From contig JBEKIG010000002.1 of the NCBI GenBank assembly GCA_050011875.1, positions 32,001 through 96,000 on the forward strand: a DNA stretch of 64,000 nucleotides, written 5' to 3'. Shown here in pieces: positions 57,340-64,000 of the stretch. Position 1 is the first letter of the stretch. Each line of letters begins with the position of its first letter. Under the pieces are notes generated by a model. It did no database searches, was not told the origin of the DNA, and saw only the letters and a program-made list of their open reading frames with translations. The position numbers and the translations under genes are program-made. The DNA is from Nitrososphaeria archaeon. GTDB lineage: Archaea; Thermoproteota; Nitrososphaeria; JACIWG01.

Positions 57340-58323
57340 TCATTTTCCACCGTTTTCTTCTTTGGCGATATCCTCAAGCGGCATTATCAGTTGGGGCTCG
57401 TGTACTACAAGACCTTGAGCCACTTTTCGAAGTTTAGGTAGCAATCTTATGTAATCAGACCTGTTAATGATGGTGTTGACAGCATACCAACCGGGCTTAG
57501 AAAGGGGGCTTATCGTTGGACCTTTAAGCCCAGGAAGCAGACTGATAAGCTCCTGTAGTTTACCCTCTTCAACATTGACAAATATGTGCAGCTTCTTGCT
57601 GCTTTCAATTACACCCCTAAAGAGCGCAACCACATCGTAGATCTTTTCTCTTTTATTTGGATCATTTAAAGAAGCTTTGTTAGCGATTAGAACCGCTTTA
57701 GACCTAACTATTACATCTATGGGTTTTAATCCGTTTTGTTCTAAAGTCGTACCAGTTTCTGACACATCAGCTATTGCATCAGCTTCTTCTGGAGGTTTAG
57801 CTTCTGTGGCACCGAAAGAAAGGTAGACTTGAACGTGCTTGTTATCACCGGTCTTCCACCATGGTGTTACAATAATTGGTTTCTCTCTGCCGTAGAGTTT
57901 TTTATATTCTCTGAGATCAGATATATACCGAGACACGGATGATGGGTACTCCGTCGATATTCTAATGATCTTATCGGAAGCATGATATGATTCAAGAAGT
58001 TTCTCGAATGAATCTACGTTAATTGTTTTTGGAACCGCTATCATAAGATTTACAGCACCATACTCCAAATTTAAAAGAACTTTTACACGCGCTTTAGTTT
58101 CTTGAACCCAGTCAAGGCCTGTTATTCCGATGTCATAAAGACCGTCGGAAACGTAGATAGGTATTTCCTGAGGTCTTAGAATCTTAAACTTTATCTCAGA
58201 GTCATCGGATGTGGGGCGATAGCTTCGTTCTTTTCCGTATATTCTAATAAACGCTTTCTCAAGAAAGTCGTAGGTTGACTTTTCAAGTGATCCTTTTGGT
58301 ATAGCAAAAAGTATTCTAGACAA
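57340..58323 (-). CDS. hisG: ATP phosphoribosyltransferase (long form)
   Basis: AIPKGSL, DIGITGLD, GATE, ETGTTL, GPTISPL. Confidence 0.95.
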   Translation of the reverse strand: MSRILFAIPKGSLEKSTYDFLEKAFIRIYGKERSYRPTSDDSEIKFKILRPQEIPIYVSDGLYDIGITGLDWVQETKARVKVLLNLEYGAVNLMIAVPKTINVDSFEKLLESYHASDKIIRISTEYPSSVSRYISDLREYKKLYGREKPIIVTPWWKTGDNKHVQVYLSFGATEAKPPEEADAIADVSETGTTLEQNGLKPIDVIVRSKAVLIANKASLNDPNKREKIYDVVALFRGVIESSKKLHIFVNVEEGKLQELISLLPGLKGPTISPLSKPGWYAVNTIINRSDYIRLLPKLRKVAQGLVVHEPQLIMPLEDIAKEENGGK

Positions 58324-58568
58324 AAAATAACACCTTCCAGACCGCTAAATTATTTGATTCCTTTTTATCCTTATCTTCAATAAAATTTCTTAGTGTTACA
58401 CAAAGTTCATAGGCTATTATGAACTAAACCACCCATCAGCTAACCACGCCAACATCTCATAAATAAAGTGTATATAAATATAGTGTAGAAATTTTCTATG
58501 AAATATATTATAACTAAACAGGATTTTCGATTATATCAATTTTTTAGTTAATACAACCTGTATTATAG

Positions 58569-59813
58569 ATGGTAAAACATTTATTTCAGCGTTCTCTGCC
58601 ACATCAGACGATGGGTTCAGAAAAAAAGAGTACAAATAAAAACAATAAGAAGTACAAGGGTTTTTCAACGGAAAGCGTGCACGGTCACGACTTTTATGAA
58701 GTCGAAAAAGGCCTTTTCAAGGTTCCTATATATATGACTGCAATATGGGAACAGTTCGACAGAGTTACTGGAAAGGAAAGAAAAACTGAAAGGAACGTTG
58801 ATCTTAAATATTCTAGAGAAGAAAATTTGACTGTTAACGCTTTTGAGAAGGCACTTTGTAAACTTGAACAAGGGGAAGATGCTTTAGCCTTTAACAGTGG
58901 CATGGCGGCGATATTAACTGTTTATCTTAGCTATCTATCTTCAGATGACACAATTTTGATAACAAAGGAGAGCTACGGTTTAACGCAGCAACTAGCGAGA
59001 GACATGGGTAAATACGGTATTAAAACAATTTTAGCTGGTCCCGAAACCGATGATTTAGTTAATTCAATTGATAAGCACGTCAAAATGGTTGTTATTGAGA
59101 CAATTACGAACCCTCTGCTAAAGGTTGTGGACGTTGATGAAATCGCCAAAAGATGTCTAGAGGTAGGTGCAAAACTTTTAGTTGACAACACCTTCGCTAC
59201 ACCTTTACTTTTAAAACCGCTTAAACACAACGCATGGATCTCGATGAACAGCTTAACAAAGTACATAGGTGGACACAATGACCTAATCGGAGGATCTATC
59301 GCATCAGATTCGAAGAGCATCTTAGAGCTTTTTGACTGGCGTAAGAAAATAGGCAATATAATGAACCCCTTTGAAGCCTTCCTTATGATAAGAAGCCTGC
59401 CAACTTTAAAGATCAGGTTCATGCAGGAATCGAAGACGGCGAAGGAGCTAGCTGAATATTTGCTTAATCATAGGGGAGTTGAAGAAGTTTATTATCCAGG
59501 ATTAAAGAACAGCCCTTACCTCGATGTCGCGAACAGGTTGTTCGAAGAGAAGGCGTATGGCGGTGTTTTAAGCTTTAAGATTAAGGGAGCAAAGGACGAG
59601 GTTTTAAGATTTCTTATGCGCCTACAGATCGTTAAAGCATCTCCGAGCCTCGGTGGCGTAGAATCACTGGCCACATACCCCGTTCTAAGCGCTTCGCGTG
59701 GCATGGAACCTGAGGTAAGAGAGGAGCTGGGCATAACTGAGAATCTTATAAGATTGTCTGTAGGTCTCGAAGATGTTGAGGATTTGAAGGAAGACATCGA
59801 CAACGCACTATAG
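58569..59813 (+). CDS. Cystathionine gamma-synthase/lyase family PLP enzyme
   Basis: YSRE, NSGMAA, DNTFATP, SLTKYIGGHND, LIRLSVGLE. Confidence 0.9.
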   Translation: MVKHLFQRSLPHQTMGSEKKSTNKNNKKYKGFSTESVHGHDFYEVEKGLFKVPIYMTAIWEQFDRVTGKERKTERNVDLKYSREENLTVNAFEKALCKLEQGEDALAFNSGMAAILTVYLSYLSSDDTILITKESYGLTQQLARDMGKYGIKTILAGPETDDLVNSIDKHVKMVVIETITNPLLKVVDVDEIAKRCLEVGAKLLVDNTFATPLLLKPLKHNAWISMNSLTKYIGGHNDLIGGSIASDSKSILELFDWRKKIGNIMNPFEAFLMIRSLPTLKIRFMQESKTAKELAEYLLNHRGVEEVYYPGLKNSPYLDVANRLFEEKAYGGVLSFKIKGAKDEVLRFLMRLQIVKASPSLGGVESLATYPVLSASRGMEPEVREELGITENLIRLSVGLEDVEDLKEDIDNAL

Positions 59814-59899
59814 AACACCTAATTTACACAAATTCTATCGGAACTCTCTTTCCCACTAAGTACGGTGTATGTTATTGATAAATTTCAAGCCAAAGATTT

Positions 59900-60379
59900 T
59901 TACCCGCCAGGTCCACCGTGTAACACCGCATCTTTCCAGACCATATCCCATACAACATCTTCTGTAAGTGCTTCTTTTGACATTATCGCGTTTTTCAGCT
60001 CCTGAAATATCCTGTGATGTTTACCTTCATCTTCTAGTATTATATTAAGTATCATCTTTAACCTATAATCGTCAACAGATTGTATTATCTTTTTAACTCC
60101 GTCGTAAAGATGTGCCTCATTTTTGATGTGAAAGTCGATTTCTTCCTGGATTTTTTCAATGTCACTTTCAGGCACCATCTTCCTTTCTTTGTCTAGAAGA
60201 TCTATTGCAGATAGATAGAGGTTAGAATGCTTCTCGGAATCTAAAGCTGTTACTTGGATAAGAGACTTAATCACGTTGCTATCTATTTGGTCGGCAAGTT
60301 TATGAAGCTTCTTAGATAGGTCATATTCTTCACCGACCATTTCGTTAAGAACGTTTCTGACATCAATTTTAATACTCAT
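59900..60379 (-). CDS. Ferritin-like domain protein
   Basis: DSEKH, EDEGKHH, HGGPGG C-terminus. Confidence 0.75.
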   Translation of the reverse strand: MSIKIDVRNVLNEMVGEEYDLSKKLHKLADQIDSNVIKSLIQVTALDSEKHSNLYLSAIDLLDKERKMVPESDIEKIQEEIDFHIKNEAHLYDGVKKIIQSVDDYRLKMILNIILEDEGKHHRIFQELKNAIMSKEALTEDVVWDMVWKDAVLHGGPGG

Positions 60380-61144
60380 GTTTTAAAAGTGTTCTTTAAA
60401 ATATATATAAATCTTTACATATTTATCGACATTGAGATAACCAAATAACTTACAAAAAGTTTTATTGAAGTTCAATTTAGCGTTTACGCTGCTGCCGACT
60501 AAATCCCAGACTAATGATTCTGTGAAAGGTTTAAAGAAAAAAGGTTTATTCTTGTAGAAGGTATAATATTTGATTTCTGTCAAAACCTTACAAGCTTTCT
60601 CTTTTACTCACAGAAATGTTTTCAGAAAATAGGGTGAAAAATTCAAGTTGGCAGCCGTGACTCTGGTTTACACCTATTTTCGTCCAAGCCGCGATAGCTT
60701 TACCTTCAGGTTTTGAACATTATGATTAGGTTATATAGCTTATCTGATCAATAATATTTCAGTTAACCTAATCGACTGCACTTTTTTTAAACATGATAGA
60801 AGCTATTGAAAAAATTAGACTTTGAAATAAAGCTCAAATTCGCTATCGTGAAGAGTCTAGCTCTGTTTAAAATCATGAAACACCTTGGACTCAATGGTAT
60901 TAGGTTACTAGTTAAACCTCTTGAGTTTACAACCGACTTAATATTCCGAATTTTCAAGTAGTTGTAATTTAATTCTTGAATTTATTTCTACACTTAGTTT
61001 ATCCAACACTGTTTAAGAAAAAGTCAATCAGATGGGAGTGTTGGGTAAACTTTGTTTTGGGTTTATAATTAAATGTTAAGATTTCATGTGTAAAACAAGT
61101 GCAAAGGTGCTCCTTGTAAAATGTTGCCCCCTATAGGGATTCAG

Positions 61145-61666
61145 TCAATGCAGTCCTTTGTCCCAAGGGAACACTTTATACTTCCGATAATAGTCAGCGA
61201 TTCCTCCTTCAGTAATTATTTCTAGCATGAATTGAGGATAAGGTTTTATTTGATCGATTAAATTAATTTTTTCATCAGTTATTCTACCTTCAGCTAAGTC
61301 AATTGAAAGCACATCTCCATCCTTCACATTTTCGATAAACTTGGATGACGCAACAACCGTTGGTAGACCAACGTTCACTGAATTTCTAAAAAATATCCTT
61401 GCGAAGGATTCTGCTATTACGGCTTTCACACCAGCTGCTTTAAGCACTCTAGGAGCCTGCTCCCTGCTAGACCCGCAACCGAAGTTTTTGCCCGCAACTA
61501 TAACACTGCCGACAGCCATTCTATCCCTGAGCTTAGGGTCAAGGTCTTCGAAAACAAACTTCGTAAGCTCACTTATGACCTGCGTCCTATATTTGTATTT
61601 CCCAGATATTATCAAATCAGTGTTTATATGGTCACCTAATTTAACGCATGTCGCTGTTATTTTCAT
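61145..61666 (-). CDS. leuD: Isopropylmalate dehydratase/homoaconitase small subunit
   Basis: NTDLII, NFGCGSSREQA, FARIFFRN; could be hacB. Confidence 0.88.
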   Translation of the reverse strand: MKITATCVKLGDHINTDLIISGKYKYRTQVISELTKFVFEDLDPKLRDRMAVGSVIVAGKNFGCGSSREQAPRVLKAAGVKAVIAESFARIFFRNSVNVGLPTVVASSKFIENVKDGDVLSIDLAEGRITDEKINLIDQIKPYPQFMLEIITEGGIADYYRKYKVFPWDKGLH

Positions 61667-62925
61667 GTAACATCACCATATTTCCTTGGATCAGTTATCT
61701 TGCCCTCTAAGGCTGTTGCAGCTGCCGTTGCCGGACTAGCTAGGAATATCTTTGATGTACTTGCCCCCATCCTTCCTGTAAAGTTTCTATTACTAGTGGA
61801 CACGGCGATTTCTTCTTCGCCTAGAAGCCCCATATGAGCTCCAATACATGGACCACAAGTCGGCGGACCAACAGTGCACCCTGCACTTACAAGTTTCTGA
61901 AGATAGCCATCTTTCAGAGCTTCCAAATAAAGCCTCCTTGAGGCAGGAATTACGATACACCTTACTTTAACATGTTTTCCTTCAAGGATTTTTGTAGCAA
62001 CCTTAATGTCTTCAATTCGTCCATTTGTGCAACTGCCTATGAACACTTGGTCAACTTCCAAACCCTCGACCTCAGTTACGTTTTTAACGTTATCAACATT
62101 CGAGGGTGCTGCCACCATCGGTTCAAGCTTTCCAGCATCGAAGTATAGCTCTCTAACATATTTGGCTTCCTTATCAGATTTAATAGCTTCAAAGCTGACT
62201 ATTCTGTTCTTAAGCCAAGATTCTGTTTTTTCATTAAGTTCCATAGGGCATGCTTTTGCGCCCATCTCGACTGCCATATTAGCGATTGTCATCCTGCCAT
62301 CAACGGAAAGTCCATCTATGCAAGAGCCGTGATATTCGACAGCTTCATAGGTTAGTCCATCTGCTTTAACCGCACCCAGAACCTGAAGAACGATGTCCTT
62401 TGACATAACCATGTTCCGAAGCTTTCCATCAACAGTGATCTTGACGGTCTCTGGCACCTTAAACCAGAGCTTCCCCGTTGCCATCGCTAAAGCTGCATCA
62501 GTGCTGCCGACGCCTGTCGCAAAGGCGTTGAAAGCGCCGTGTGTTACACTATGGGAGTCCGCCCCTATAACGACATTTCCCGGTTTAACATACCCTTCTT
62601 CAGGTAAAACTTGGTGACAGATACCTGAACCGATATCAAAAAGTTTCAAACCTTGCTGTTTTGCGAACTTCCTTAAAGAAACGTGAATATTCGAAATCTG
62701 TGGAGATGGACTAGGTGCTGCATGGTCTATGAAGAAGACGACTTTAGTTGGGTCAAAAACCTTCTTGATTCCCAGCTCTTCCATTGATTCGATGGCGAGC
62801 AACGCTGTGCCGTCGTGCGCGAATACGACATCAATATTTGATGTAACAAAGTCTCCTGAGGAGACTTCTTTCTTTCCCGACGATTTTGCCAGGATTTTCT
62901 CAACAATCGTTGACATAACTTTCAC
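61663..62925 (-). CDS. leuC: Isopropylmalate dehydratase/homoaconitase large subunit
   Basis: GICHQ, DSH, IGSCTNGR, CGPC, NRNF; could be hacA. Confidence 0.9.
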   Translation of the reverse strand: MKVMSTIVEKILAKSSGKKEVSSGDFVTSNIDVVFAHDGTALLAIESMEELGIKKVFDPTKVVFFIDHAAPSPSPQISNIHVSLRKFAKQQGLKLFDIGSGICHQVLPEEGYVKPGNVVIGADSHSVTHGAFNAFATGVGSTDAALAMATGKLWFKVPETVKITVDGKLRNMVMSKDIVLQVLGAVKADGLTYEAVEYHGSCIDGLSVDGRMTIANMAVEMGAKACPMELNEKTESWLKNRIVSFEAIKSDKEAKYVRELYFDAGKLEPMVAAPSNVDNVKNVTEVEGLEVDQVFIGSCTNGRIEDIKVATKILEGKHVKVRCIVIPASRRLYLEALKDGYLQKLVSAGCTVGPPTCGPCIGAHMGLLGEEEIAVSTSNRNFTGRMGASTSKIFLASPATAAATALEGKITDPRKYGDVT

Positions 62926-63046
62926 GGTTCTACAGGAGTTAACTGATTTTCCCCTTGAACTATCATTCTATTTAACTCCTTAAATCCAAAACTATTCCTA
63001 ATATAAACTTTTAAATTTTAGAGAAAAAAATTGTCTTAATAGAAAA

Positions 63047-63397
63047 TTAGCTGAAGATTTTTTTGATGCCGTTAAATAACTTGCCTAGAGCTGACACTTT
63101 GGGTTCAATTTCTTTTGGCACGTAATTTGTTTGTGGTGCTGGAACTCCGCTTACAATGTCATGGAATGTTTTATATATCAAAACGCCTTTGTTCGTAGTT
63201 TTGTATAAGACACCTTCCCTAATAACAAGGCCGTTCCCAAGCATTTTAACTAACGTTACATAAAGCGATGATTTTGGTAGGTTTGTTTTATCCAAAATAT
63301 CTGGGAAAGATTTCATTGAACCATCTAATGAACCTAAAATGATATACGCATTTTCATCTAATACACCCAAAACCATCCTATGAGGTTGCTTAGGCAC
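63047..63397 (-). CDS. Winged-helix DNA-binding protein
   Basis: LPKSSLYVTL..GLV....YKTTNKG. Confidence 0.7.
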   Translation of the reverse strand: MPKQPHRMVLGVLDENAYIILGSLDGSMKSFPDILDKTNLPKSSLYVTLVKMLGNGLVIREGVLYKTTNKGVLIYKTFHDIVSGVPAPQTNYVPKEIEPKVSALGKLFNGIKKIFS

Positions 63398-63438
63398 ATA
63401 AGCAACATCTAAGTTTATATATATAAATATGAAGGAAA

Positions 63439-63852
63439 CTATTTCTGCTCTCCATTATCAGATTGTCCTTTTTTAGGTTGTTGAATCTGAGCCATTGGAG
63501 GTAGAGGTGGAGGTGGTATTTGGACGGTTTGAATCATCTGGGACTTTTTTACCTCTTCTATAACAGTATTGGAAATTACCTTTACAACCGAGGCAAAAGT
63601 GGCTACGCCGACAAAAAAGCCAACAAAAATAAAGATCAATAAGATAGGACCGGCATATTGTTGAATAATAGGTTGCACTTGCGTAACAATTTGAGTGCTG
63701 TTAAGGTTGCCTAGATTTCCGATTCTGGATACTAAACTTGCTAAAATAGAGACGCTAAGAAATATAAAAATCAGGGCACCAATTATCGCCCATAGAGCGA
63801 CCCAAAGAAATATTATGAATCCATTCCAAAAAGCTTTACCCCAACCGATCAT
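63439..63852 (-). CDS. Two-TM hypothetical protein with Pro-rich tail
   Basis: Two hydrophobic segments, PPPPLPP. Confidence 0.65.
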   Translation of the reverse strand: MIGWGKAFWNGFIIFLWVALWAIIGALIFIFLSVSILASLVSRIGNLGNLNSTQIVTQVQPIIQQYAGPILLIFIFVGFFVGVATFASVVKVISNTVIEEVKKSQMIQTVQIPPPPLPPMAQIQQPKKGQSDNGEQK

Positions 63853-64000
63853 CTACATCAAATTTTGCAAACACGTCTGTGATATAAATTTATCTTCAAC
63901 AATTTTCACGATGAGAGTTTAATACTTATATAAATAAGATGTGAAGCCTTTTTGAGTGGAATGGAAATCGTTTTATACGTTGAACAAAAAAATAATGAAA

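Noticed and set aside
60383-61140. Long intergenic gap with a 66-aa ORF
   Set aside because: No recognisable RNA gene, repeat or protein motif.

Overview
This is a low-GC archaeal chromosome segment. Deoxyhypusine synthase, AMP phosphorylase, ADP-forming acetate-CoA ligase alpha, TATA/BRE-type promoters and a hisG-D-C-HAD-B-H-A-F-I operon point to a Thermoproteota/TACK-type host (inference). Most genes are housekeeping or sugar-acid catabolic enzymes, mixed with several decayed gene remnants. The main accessory content is two complete IS6-like cargo transposons. Element 1 (4712-9482) has perfect 22-bp TIRs and a 9-bp TSD GTGTGAGAG. Element 2 (40678-43277) has 24/27 TIRs and an 8-bp TSD CTTTTTCA. 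Their transposases, regulators and other cargo differ, yet both carry a related unannotated cassette: a TATA box, a TTG-started small hydrophobic peptide gene, and a conserved non-coding motif with a GGTAAG...CTTACCCC hairpin and a T-tract. Both elements also sit just upstream of a host TATA box. Other oddities are a structured intergenic stretch in element 1, a free-standing LAGLIDADG-HTH protein lacking catalytic residues, a thrice-repeated nested palindrome, a hisF apparently starting at ACG, and a HisI-phosphoribosyltransferase fusion in an operon with no hisE. I recognised no rRNA, tRNA or CRISPR array. All product calls come from reading motifs by eye; no database search was run.
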